NCBI GenBank assembly: GCA_031385045.1
Contig: JANNBC010000054.1
Location: 32,001 to 96,000 of the forward strand
Length of the DNA stretch: 64,000 nt
From: a bacterium
GTDB taxonomy: Bacteria; Bdellovibrionota_C; UBA2361; CALJRW01
Direction: 5' to 3'
How positions within the stretch are numbered: position 1 is the first letter of the stretch; each line of letters starts with the position of its first letter. Position numbers and translations under genes: made by a program. Shown piece by piece: positions 48,232 through 57,614 of the stretch. The notes below the pieces were generated by a model, which was not told the origin of the DNA, did not search any database, and worked only from the letters and a program-made list of their open reading frames with translations.

Positions 48232-51174
48232 ATGACTGCCGATAAAATTTTGGAAAAAATCAGGGAGATCCTTTCTGCCCAATCGGTAAGTGACTACATT
48301 AGACCAATTACTGTAAATCGCCTTAAGCTTAAAGACTACCAAAAGCACCAAGAAGAACGAATAAAAGTAGCAAAAACGCTTGCTGATAATATTTACAACC
48401 TCTCCAATCTAGAACGGGTAATTGATCCTCAAGCCTATCAAAGTATTTTTAAAAGAAATCTTGCAGGTCGCACTTCAGAAGATAATCAATTTATCTTAAA
48501 ATATGCTCAGAAATATTTTCGAGAACATTTTGGTGAGGCAATTAAAAGAAATGGCGAAAGCCCAGAGATTATTGAACAGATTGTCAAAAGAACAGGCAAA
48601 GATACAAGAATTCAGTTTGAAGCAGTTATTGCTGGATTTAACGCCCAACAATTAGCCCAGAAAATTTATCGAATTGATCTAACACAAATCAAATCCCTTA
48701 CCTTAATTCAAACAGAATTAGAGCGTTTAGATCCGGAGCAGTTAAGAGAATTACAAGCAGAAATCAAAATCATCTACCTTCGAGAAATTGCCGAACTAAC
48801 CAATAAATTCCTCGATCCACAAAAACCTGATTTTCGGTGCCTACAGTTACTTCTTCAAAATAAAACTAATCAAGAAATAGAAAAAGTTATTAAAATCATC
48901 GAAGAAAGTTACTTACTAAAAGAAGGCCAAGATACTCCAGGCTTTACAAACTGGCTGGAGAAAAACTTTGCTGGATATGATCTACAAACAATCAAACGAG
49001 CTCTGTCAGGTCTAAATCTAAATTATTTAGCTGAAGAAATTAATTGGATCTTCACCAATAGTGAGCTCCTATGGGTTGATTTTGCTGGACTACAGACTCA
49101 AAAACTTGGAAAACTAATCCTCCATGTTGATCATAATCAATCCAAGACATCTCAACTAAATCGTGAAATTCGCCTTCGACCTTTTATTCAAGCAATTACT
49201 TACTTCTTGCATCAAACTCAATTTGAAAGTCTAAATGCTCTGATCTTAAGTTCCTATGGCTATCAACTTACTACAGAATTCTATTTACCCTTAGAAGAAC
49301 CAACGCCACTTAATAATTATCTAAAACTAGAAAAGGCGCTAACGGGTCTTGCCTCCAAGGATAGCAATAAAATGGAAGTTTGTTCTTCAGACTATCGTAA
49401 TTCGTTACATAATCTAACTAAGCAAGACAGCTCTTTTGATAACAGTCCTCCATTTAATATTATTCTTGCTAGACTACTTTTTATTTACACAATATCAGAA
49501 GAACAGTTAGTACTATTTAAAGACTCTTGTCTTTCTAATTCAAAAAATAATTTATTTGATATTTTACAAAAAAATCTTACTCAAAAAAATCATCGTTATG
49601 ATTATAGTAATCTGATTGAAGTTCTTTCTTCTGGCCTTGCCCAGCAAATAACTGATTTTGAAATTAATGATCATTTTGATCGATTGGTTAGTAGAAATTC
49701 CTTAACTGAAAATCTAAAATACTTAGCGGATGTTGAGCGAAAACTTCTGAACTTAATTGAGAACTTTGACATTACACCGGAAGAAAAAGCAGTTCTATTA
49801 ATTAATGAGCTACAAAAATTAAATCGCCAAGAACTTATTGATATTGATCGACTATTTTATTTTAAAAATGACTCGAGCCTACTATTAAAAATCAAACCAC
49901 TAATCTCACCGGCCGCGTTTCTAAAAGTACAAATTATTCTCTGTGGCTTTAATCCTAAACTAGAAGCTAAAAGCGTAATAGAAAATTTTAACTGGAAAAA
50001 ATTACTTCAACTTACACCACTCCAGGTCGCTTTATTAGATTCAGAATTAAAAAAAGCACATAGTATTACCCTACTTGATTTCCTAGAAAAACAAACAGTA
50101 AGTGAGGTTCCTGAAGATATCCTTTTAGCTCCAGCCTTTTTCCCATTAGCTAGCCAATTAAAACAAAAAATCTTAGAGCCTCAGGCCTGGGGAAATCTGG
50201 AGACAGAATATGTCTTAAATAATTTTCGAAATACACCAACCAGACTAAAAGCTCTAGAAGTTGCCTATAATTTACTCTTTAGCAATCAAGAGCTCTCCCA
50301 AGAGTCTAGTCTTGGCTCTTGGAGAAATAGTTTTATTGTTCAAGTTCAACAAAAAAATATCGATAAAATTGAATATACCAATCTACTTTCACTAGCAGAA
50401 GGGATTCCAATTACATTAATACCGGAGATATCTAAAATTACGACAGCAAGCGATCGCGGTATTGAGGATCTACATCAACTTGATTTAATCCTTCGAACTT
50501 ATCGACCAAATCTAAAGATTATCAAGATGCTCTACTTGATTTTTGATGGCGAACTAAGCTTACGTGAAAGAATTTATAAATTTAAAGTCTTACCAAGAGA
50601 TGAGAATCTTAGTCTGCTATTATTAGATGGATATGATCCCGAAAAACTTGCTCAGGAATTTATTACTCTCTTTAAATCTCCTAACAAACTTTCGGTACAG
50701 TCAATTTACGATTTGCTCAACCCAAAATATTCCACTGTGATTCCAATTAAGGATAATTGGAAAGAAGAAATGTATCATCAACTCCGTATTCGTTACGAGA
50801 TTTTTTGTGGGCGTAGACTAGTGACAGATATTCTAACGTTAGTAAAAGATCAAAGTGAGCTAGAGATAGTCCGAAAAATTTGTGACTTATTATATGGTGA
50901 TATGTCTACAAAATGCTTTGCCTTGCAACAAGCTTTATTAGCAACAAATGCGGATCCTAAGTTAATTGTGAAAAAATTGCAGAATTTTAAGCCATCTCAG
51001 GTTGAGCAAATGGATCATCTATACTCAAGCTACTTTGGGCTTAGCTTAGTAGAGGAACTTGTGAAATTCTTTCCAGACGATGAAGACGATCGCTTTGCTG
51101 AAGCACTTTTTCTAAGAAGTTCCGAGTGGGAGCAAGAAAAATTAAAACTTAAAATTGAGGCCGAAGAAAATTAA
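48232..51174 (+). CDS. Large helical hypothetical protein with degenerate annexin-like repeats
   Basis: 980 aa; recurring L..(R/K)(T/S)..(Q/E)...I...Y...(F/Y)G..L segments; annexin similarity is by eye only. Confidence 0.55.
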   Translation: MTADKILEKIREILSAQSVSDYIRPITVNRLKLKDYQKHQEERIKVAKTLADNIYNLSNLERVIDPQAYQSIFKRNLAGRTSEDNQFILKYAQKYFREHFGEAIKRNGESPEIIEQIVKRTGKDTRIQFEAVIAGFNAQQLAQKIYRIDLTQIKSLTLIQTELERLDPEQLRELQAEIKIIYLREIAELTNKFLDPQKPDFRCLQLLLQNKTNQEIEKVIKIIEESYLLKEGQDTPGFTNWLEKNFAGYDLQTIKRALSGLNLNYLAEEINWIFTNSELLWVDFAGLQTQKLGKLILHVDHNQSKTSQLNREIRLRPFIQAITYFLHQTQFESLNALILSSYGYQLTTEFYLPLEEPTPLNNYLKLEKALTGLASKDSNKMEVCSSDYRNSLHNLTKQDSSFDNSPPFNIILARLLFIYTISEEQLVLFKDSCLSNSKNNLFDILQKNLTQKNHRYDYSNLIEVLSSGLAQQITDFEINDHFDRLVSRNSLTENLKYLADVERKLLNLIENFDITPEEKAVLLINELQKLNRQELIDIDRLFYFKNDSSLLLKIKPLISPAAFLKVQIILCGFNPKLEAKSVIENFNWKKLLQLTPLQVALLDSELKKAHSITLLDFLEKQTVSEVPEDILLAPAFFPLASQLKQKILEPQAWGNLETEYVLNNFRNTPTRLKALEVAYNLLFSNQELSQESSLGSWRNSFIVQVQQKNIDKIEYTNLLSLAEGIPITLIPEISKITTASDRGIEDLHQLDLILRTYRPNLKIIKMLYLIFDGELSLRERIYKFKVLPRDENLSLLLLDGYDPEKLAQEFITLFKSPNKLSVQSIYDLLNPKYSTVIPIKDNWKEEMYHQLRIRYEIFCGRRLVTDILTLVKDQSELEIVRKICDLLYGDMSTKCFALQQALLATNADPKLIVKKLQNFKPSQVEQMDHLYSSYFGLSLVEELVKFFPDDEDDRFAEALFLRSSEWEQEKLKLKIEAEEN

Positions 51175-51208
51175 GTGGCCTTGGCTTTAGCTCCTCGCCA
51201 CCATTAAT

Positions 51209-51424
51209 CTATAAAACGCTTGCTAGGCCATTCATCACAGCAGCAATCCGAACTCCAGCTAAAATCTTATCTTCCGAGACTCCTCCTTCGATTAATTGTT
51301 TTTCATGGGCCTTAACACAAAATACACAACCATTAATTACAGAGACAGCAAGGCAAAACAACTCAAAGTCTAACTGATCATGTCCATGGCTACGGATTCC
51401 TGTCATTCGAAGATTTGCTGGCAT
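51209..51424 (-). pseudogene. ahpD: AhpD (alkylhydroperoxidase) C-terminal fragment
   Basis: PANLRM, DFELFCLAVSVINGCVFCVKAHE (CxxC), RIAAV; the N-terminal ~100 aa typical of AhpD are absent. Confidence 0.7.
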
Positions 51425-51646
51425 TGTTAGAATACTTATCCTTTCCCAGCACGTAAGGAAACTTTTCACTTACTCCAATCATGCAATTTACTGCGAATTA
51501 TTAAAAATATTGTCAAAAATCCTTTAAGTGCCTATCATTTAAACATTATCGACCTTAAATTAGGGTTCAGGTTTAAATAAAGTTCGATTACTGACGATAT
51601 TCATCACTAAACATTTCTATTTTCTGAGATAAAGGTTTATCAAATT

Positions 51647-52018
51647 ATGATTAAGCAAAAAAATAACGAAAAAGCATTTTTTAGCTTAAGATTCATAATC
51701 TACACAGGGATTTTTGCCCTTTTTATGTACTGCTCTTTTTGGGTTGGTCGCTTTTACTTTGATTACTATGCCGTCAAAGATGCTGCCCGAAATATCTTCT
51801 TAGAGGCTCACACCAAGAGTGATGCTCGAATCCTAGATGAACTAAAGGTTAAAATACGTCACCTAGGGACTCCAATTTTTGACGGAGATATTAAAATTAA
51901 CCGTAAACCTGGATCTGTTAACTTAAAAATTGAATATAGCGAATATCTTTTTATTGGAGATATCTCTCTACATAAGTTTAATTTTGTAATTGATGAGACC
52001 CGTTACTTTAAAAAGTAA
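51647..52018 (+). CDS. Small membrane-anchored hypothetical protein (DUF4845-like)
   Basis: One N-terminal TM, YFDYY.VK, I.I.R.......I.Y. Confidence 0.5.
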   Translation: MIKQKNNEKAFFSLRFIIYTGIFALFMYCSFWVGRFYFDYYAVKDAARNIFLEAHTKSDARILDELKVKIRHLGTPIFDGDIKINRKPGSVNLKIEYSEYLFIGDISLHKFNFVIDETRYFKK

Positions 52019-53337
52019 TCTTTAATCAATTCTTTAAACTGCCTGCCACGATCTTCAAAATCTCGAAACTGATCAAAGCTGGCTGCTCCTGGAGATAATA
52101 GGAATAGGTGTTTCAGATTTTCTGCTTCTGCTAATTTCATATTAGACCAAGCAGATGCCACTGCCTCCGATAATTTTTCAGTATAAGCCTTCGCTGGACT
52201 TCCTAACTCTTCAAAAACTGTTTTACCAGTAATTGAATAACAATATGCAAAAACTTCTGGGTGCTGATTTAAATAATCAATGATTACTTGCTGGGAAGTT
52301 CCTTTGGAATAGCCCCCCAAAAATAAATGAATTTGATATTCTGAGAAAGCTTCTAAAGCAGCCACAACTGCTTCTGGTGCAGTAGAAATACTATCATCAA
52401 TAGCTAGGAAATTTGCCTGCTCCAGAAAAACTTCCAGTCGATGAGGTAAACCTTCAAAGCGATTTATAGCTTCTTGAATTAACGGCAAAGATCCTTCCCA
52501 AGAAAAGCCCAGTATATCAGCCGAACGTTCTATAACTCCCAGTGCTCCCTGTAAAGAAGATTGCAAATGTTTTGGATAGAAATAAGAATTATTAATTGTT
52601 ATTTTTTGGCCACTAAGCAAGGAGATCTGGCGATCTATAATTGGATAATTAATCTGCTGATAATCAATCTGAGGATATTCTAAATCTAAAAAATCAGCTG
52701 TTTTTTGATTAATAACAAATAAATTCTTAGCTCCATCAGCAATATGTAATTTATCTTGATAGTACTGGGCAATGCTTAAATGCCAGCTTAAATGCTCTGG
52801 AAATAAGGATGTAATTACAGCAATGTCAGGTTTAATTTCTAAACTTGCTAATTGGTAACTAGATAATTCAATGACAGCGACATCAAAATCACTATCTACT
52901 AAATCCATCAGTGGTAAACCAATATTACCAGCAGCAACAACTTTCACACCAACGGCAGATAAGAGTTCCATTAGAAGTTTACTAAATGTACTCTTACCTT
53001 TACTCCCTGTTACACAGATCTTAAAGGCTGGGTTTAGATCAAAGAATAGCTGATTAGGTGATAATATCCTCACTCCACTTTGGAGCGCTAATTGAATCGA
53101 CTCTTGGTAAAGACTAACCCCAGGAGCTTTAAAGATAATAGAATATTTAGCAAGGTCCGAAGCTACAATCATCTGACTTGGTAGCGGCAAGGCCTCCGTA
53201 AAGGGCTGCTGATCGCAATAGATAATTTCTGAAATTAAAGCATTCTTTGCCAGATAGCGAATTAACGCTAAGTTTTCTCGGCCTAAACCATAAAAACAAA
53301 TTGACTTACTATGTTTAATTAACTCTAAGGTATTCAT
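52003..53337 (-). CDS. murD: UDP-MurNAc-L-Ala--glutamate ligase (MurD2 type)
   Basis: GLGREN, KAPGV, VTGSKGKST, GNIG.P, IELSSYQL, EHL.WH, PHRLE, DDSIST, LSPGAASFDQF..FEDRG. Confidence 0.9.
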   Translation of the reverse strand: MNTLELIKHSKSICFYGLGRENLALIRYLAKNALISEIIYCDQQPFTEALPLPSQMIVASDLAKYSIIFKAPGVSLYQESIQLALQSGVRILSPNQLFFDLNPAFKICVTGSKGKSTFSKLLMELLSAVGVKVVAAGNIGLPLMDLVDSDFDVAVIELSSYQLASLEIKPDIAVITSLFPEHLSWHLSIAQYYQDKLHIADGAKNLFVINQKTADFLDLEYPQIDYQQINYPIIDRQISLLSGQKITINNSYFYPKHLQSSLQGALGVIERSADILGFSWEGSLPLIQEAINRFEGLPHRLEVFLEQANFLAIDDSISTAPEAVVAALEAFSEYQIHLFLGGYSKGTSQQVIIDYLNQHPEVFAYCYSITGKTVFEELGSPAKAYTEKLSEAVASAWSNMKLAEAENLKHLFLLSPGAASFDQFRDFEDRGRQFKELIKDYFLK

Positions 53338-54625
53338 CTAAAATAATCTTAAACTTTTTAGGAATCAAATCTTCCCCCTGCAAGCTAAATAAATCTAGTT
53401 CGCTTTCTGCTGAAATTTGCTCAGTAATTTTTTGTACAATAAAAGAAGTATGATATTTTTTTTCTTTAATTAAAAGTCGAAATAATTCCCGACACTCGGA
53501 GTACTCACCAACACATTCCCAAGGCTTATCCTCTGCTAGTCCTGTTAATCGTTGAAACTCCAAGAGCAAATCCTCCGCTGCTAATAAATTCGCACCAAAA
53601 ATCTGGAACATCTTATGTTGATCTACAAAAGGAGCCATGCAAAGAAAAACAAAACAACACTTAGCGCATCTCCCACACCATTTTCTTGTCCGATCGCTAG
53701 AGAGTTTCTTAAACTGATTACAACTAGCAAAGATATCTAAATATTCATGGTGCTTGGCAAGTTGCCTAGCAATCCCAGCTTCAGAAAACTGTCTTAATAA
53801 TGAAAAATATTCCAACTCCCCATTAATTTGCGTTTTGATAAAATTATTAAAACGCTCTTCAAAATGAAAGGACTTACTATATTGATGATTCACTGCAGTA
53901 CCTAAATACTCCAGATTAGCTTCATTGGCGGACCTTTCATTCCCTAAGACCAAATACTTTTTTTGGTAAATCAATCCCGCGACAACACAAACTGCGCCAA
54001 GAATAGCTGAAAATGGCACATGGCCATTTAACCCTCCCTGCTCATTTAGCAACAACAATTTCGGATCGATCTTTCTAGTAATTTCTACTAAGGGTAGGTT
54101 CATTAATTCGGCAATCGCTTGTACTTGTGGGTTAACACCTAAGGTTAGAAGTAGCGGTTTCTCTGCTTTTAATATTTCCAAACAAAGCATCGAATCCTTA
54201 CCACCACCCATCGGAAGAATTATTCCTGACAAGGAATGATTATTTGAAGCTTTTAAGTTAGTTTCTAAGGCAACTGGAAAGTTAATTTTATCTCGTAGAT
54301 CTAACTGATTACGATAAGCAAACTCTTGTAAGCCTAGGAAAAATGTCTGATTAAAAAACTCGGCTTGCGCGGTACTTAACCAATAGTTGTGTAATGTAAT
54401 CTCATCAGGTACGCCAACTTTATAATAACTTATTCCAAGAATTAAATGCAGGTAAGCTAAACTTGTCGCTAGCTCAGAAAGATCAAGTTGCTTGAGGGAA
54501 ATATTTGGAAAACAAATCTCTTCCTGAAACTGATGTTGATCCAAAGAATAATTAAACTTCACAATCAGTGAGTCTGAAATTACTTCAGTCTGATAATCGA
54601 GGTAAGAAAAGTTTTTAAAATGCAA
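53315..54625 (-). CDS. murL: UDP-MurNAc-L-Ala-L-Glu epimerase (MurL-like)
   Basis: GISYYK, EF.YRN, GGGKDS, LNGHVP.SA, NERSA, VNHQYSKS, WCGRCAKC.FVFL, KPWECVG; overlaps murD. Confidence 0.82.
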   Translation of the reverse strand: MHFKNFSYLDYQTEVISDSLIVKFNYSLDQHQFQEEICFPNISLKQLDLSELATSLAYLHLILGISYYKVGVPDEITLHNYWLSTAQAEFFNQTFFLGLQEFAYRNQLDLRDKINFPVALETNLKASNNHSLSGIILPMGGGKDSMLCLEILKAEKPLLLTLGVNPQVQAIAELMNLPLVEITRKIDPKLLLLNEQGGLNGHVPFSAILGAVCVVAGLIYQKKYLVLGNERSANEANLEYLGTAVNHQYSKSFHFEERFNNFIKTQINGELEYFSLLRQFSEAGIARQLAKHHEYLDIFASCNQFKKLSSDRTRKWCGRCAKCCFVFLCMAPFVDQHKMFQIFGANLLAAEDLLLEFQRLTGLAEDKPWECVGEYSECRELFRLLIKEKKYHTSFIVQKITEQISAESELDLFSLQGEDLIPKKFKIILDEYLRVN

Positions 54626-54915
54626 AATAAATAGCTATTAATAGACCAGCTAATTTTATGATAAATTAGCAACTATGTAAAAAGCCCCGACTCGTAACCT
54701 TTTCCGTATTTATTTGTTAAAAGTTGCTCACGGCGAGACTAATTTAGTAGATAAATTTGCTGAAATCTTACTGAGCTAAAAGTCTCCGAGCAAGGCAACG
54801 CCCAAAGCTCGCCTAAAACCAGAATAATCCGCAACTTATTCCTTTTCTTAATATAAATTTAGGGCTAAGTTATAGTTGATTGAAATTACTTTAATACAAA
54901 CTCAGATCTTTCGTA

Positions 54916-55644
54916 GTGAACCTAGAAATCGAATTTAAATTTTTCATTGATCATCCCTCCCCTTCCTTCCTTGCTGACTTAAAAAACTGTCCTCAAAATA
55001 ACATTCTCTCTCAATACCTATTTAGTCTTCAAAAAAGCCAGGAGTTATTGATTCCTAAAGCACAGGAATTGAGCTCCGATCCTCAGCTCATTACTGTGGG
55101 AGCAGAATTAAAAGGTCGAGTCCGAAGTATCACTAATAATTTATCAAAACACTATTTGCTGGGCCTTAAAGGCCCTAAGGATGAGAAATTTAAAAAGTTA
55201 GATATTGTTTCTAAACCAGAATTAGAAGTTGAGATTACTGAAGCAGATTTTAATCTACTTAAAACACAGGCCGATCGTGGCTACATTGTTAAAAATAGAA
55301 CGGATGTTCCTTGTTCTGTTAAATATCAAGATCAAACTTATCAGTTTGTAGTAGAATTTGATCATCTCCTAGAAGTAAACGGTACTTCTTTAAAATCAAG
55401 GTTCTTAATCGCTGAAATAGAAATACCCGAATTAAACTCTAGTCACTTAATTCAGGTCATTCGTTCTGGGGAAATAACTTTGCATTTTATAAGCAAAAAT
55501 TACAATTTTAAGAATTTAAATCCAGTTGAAGTTGCCGTTAATTGCGCAGAAGATTATTCTGACTTGATGGCTAGCCGAAAACTAGTTAATAATATTGGCC
55601 CACAAGGACCAAGTGAACATTTAAAAAAATACTTTGATGAATAA
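54916..55644 (+). CDS. CYTH-like (triphosphate tunnel) domain protein
   Basis: N-terminal EIEFKF, RVR, LKGP, ELEVEI, K.R, AEIE. Confidence 0.6.
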   Translation: MNLEIEFKFFIDHPSPSFLADLKNCPQNNILSQYLFSLQKSQELLIPKAQELSSDPQLITVGAELKGRVRSITNNLSKHYLLGLKGPKDEKFKKLDIVSKPELEVEITEADFNLLKTQADRGYIVKNRTDVPCSVKYQDQTYQFVVEFDHLLEVNGTSLKSRFLIAEIEIPELNSSHLIQVIRSGEITLHFISKNYNFKNLNPVEVAVNCAEDYSDLMASRKLVNNIGPQGPSEHLKKYFDE

Positions 55645-56713
55645 GAATATTAAACTTCTAAACGATGCCGGCCAGTCAATTTGGTATGATAATCTATCCA
55701 AAGACATTCTAAGTAATGGAACACTTGCTTCCCTAATCCAAGAAGGACTAAGTGGACTAACTAGTAACCCAGCGATCTTTGAACAATCAATTGCTAAAAC
55801 TACTACCTACCTGGCAGAAATCTCAGAGTTAAAGAAACAAGGTAAAAACGCTATCGATATTTGTGACCGTTTAATGCTAAACGATGTAGCTAATGCTGCT
55901 GACTTACTCTTACCAACTTATCAGGCAACCTCTGGCAAGGATGGCTATGCCAGCCTTGAAGTGTCACCACTACTAGCAAATAATATATTAGAAACAATTG
56001 TTGCTGCTAAATTATTCTGGAAAGAACTAAATCGTCCTAACATTATGATTAAGATTCCAGCAACACCTGCTGGAATATCTGCCATTCAAGATCTAATTGC
56101 TTTTGGGATTAACATTAACGTAACACTAATCTTCTCCCCAATTGTTTATAAAAACGTCATTAACTCTTACCTTGCTGGTTTAAAAACGAGGCTAGAACAA
56201 GGCAAAGATATCTCTAGAATCCATTCTGTGGCTAGCTTTTTTATCTCACGAGCCGATACTTGGTTTGAAAATCAGCTACCAAACAAACCAGAACTAGGAC
56301 AGCTTGTTGGAAAAGTTGGTATTGCTAACGGCTTAAAAGCCTACGAAGTATTTGCAGAAAATTTCAGTAGTAATGAATTTCTAAAATTACAAGAAAGTGG
56401 TGCTAATATCCAAAAAATCCTCTGGGCCTCAACAGGTGTTAAGAATAAAAGCTTAGACTCTTTGCTCTATGTAAAAGAGCTACCTTACAATAATAGCGTG
56501 GCTACTCACCCACCAGCTCTAATTGAAGCAATTCTTAAGGCTGAAAACTTTTCACTAGTAACTTCTGAAATTAAATTTGAAGATGTCTTTCAAACCTTAA
56601 GTGATCATAATCTTAGCCTAGAAAAAATGTACCAAGATTTATTAAAAGAAGGTGTAGATAAGTTTGCTGATTCTTTTAATCAATTACTACAAGTCATTGA
56701 AAAGGCTGGCTAA
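55634..56713 (+). CDS. tal: Transaldolase
   Basis: GQSIWYD, G.TSNP.IF, SLEVSP, MIKIPAT, NVTLIFS, SVASFF.SR, LWASTG.K. Confidence 0.93.
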   Translation: MMNKNIKLLNDAGQSIWYDNLSKDILSNGTLASLIQEGLSGLTSNPAIFEQSIAKTTTYLAEISELKKQGKNAIDICDRLMLNDVANAADLLLPTYQATSGKDGYASLEVSPLLANNILETIVAAKLFWKELNRPNIMIKIPATPAGISAIQDLIAFGININVTLIFSPIVYKNVINSYLAGLKTRLEQGKDISRIHSVASFFISRADTWFENQLPNKPELGQLVGKVGIANGLKAYEVFAENFSSNEFLKLQESGANIQKILWASTGVKNKSLDSLLYVKELPYNNSVATHPPALIEAILKAENFSLVTSEIKFEDVFQTLSDHNLSLEKMYQDLLKEGVDKFADSFNQLLQVIEKAG

Positions 56714-57011
56714 CCATTAGCAAAAGTAACAAGAGACTTGCCATTACCGACATCACTGCAATTAAGCCCTAAATTATTGGCGGATACTTCCCTTGTTCGA
56801 TAGTTACTAGTAGTACTCAGCTAAGGAAATTTTTATTGATTGAGTTAGCTTTAAAGCTACAGAGTCCAACAATTAGTAACGCTATCTGGGCAAGGGTAAC
56901 CTAACTGAATGTATATTCCAGATTTTAGATTTAGTCTTAATCACAGTCTTTGTAGGGTGTAAAATACTACTAGAGGATCATTCTGCAGAAAGCATCCCGG
57001 CAGGGAATACC

Positions 57012-57539
57012 ATGATTAAAATTTGTAAACTTCAAGCACTCCAGATAATTAGCCTAATTCTAGTTTTCAATATTTATTTACTCGCAGAACCAAGTCTTGT
57101 GCTAAACGGCACAGGGAAAAGACAAGCAACTATTTTCAGAGTTAATGTCTATGAAGCAAAGCTATATCTAGAAAATAAATCTCATAACCCTGAAGATATT
57201 ATTAATTCAAAGCAAGATAAGAAACTCGTCCTTTTCTTTCTAAGAGATGTTAGTAAAAGCCAAATTAATGAAGCCTGGCAAGATGGCTTTGAAAGAAATT
57301 CCGCCTTTACGATCAAGCTTCAAAACAAGTTAGCACATCTTCAAAGTATGATGTCCGATGTTAAAAAAAACGATCAATTAACCTTTTATTGGAACAATTC
57401 AGCTGTGCAAATCTTACTTAATAATAATTTGGTGACAACAATTGAAGGAAATGATTTTCAAAAAGCCTTAATGCTTAACTGGTTAGGAGAAACTCCACCG
57501 AATCAAAGTTTAAAAGAGGGACTACTAGGTAATACTTAA
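57012..57539 (+). CDS. Chalcone-isomerase-like fold secreted protein
   Basis: LVLNG.G.R....V.VY...LYL, GF..N, F..AL...WLG..P....LK..LLG. Confidence 0.75.
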   Translation: MIKICKLQALQIISLILVFNIYLLAEPSLVLNGTGKRQATIFRVNVYEAKLYLENKSHNPEDIINSKQDKKLVLFFLRDVSKSQINEAWQDGFERNSAFTIKLQNKLAHLQSMMSDVKKNDQLTFYWNNSAVQILLNNNLVTTIEGNDFQKALMLNWLGETPPNQSLKEGLLGNT

Positions 57540-57614
57540 CCCGCATAATTCATTAGTGATTAGAAAGAAATAGAATTTTTTTCCCTCGCTACGTGTACTG
57601 TTGAATAATGCGGG

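Noticed and set aside
48029..48235. Possible small or frameshifted gene upstream of the 980-aa ORF
   Set aside because: All plus-strand frames are interrupted by stops, with no recognisable motif
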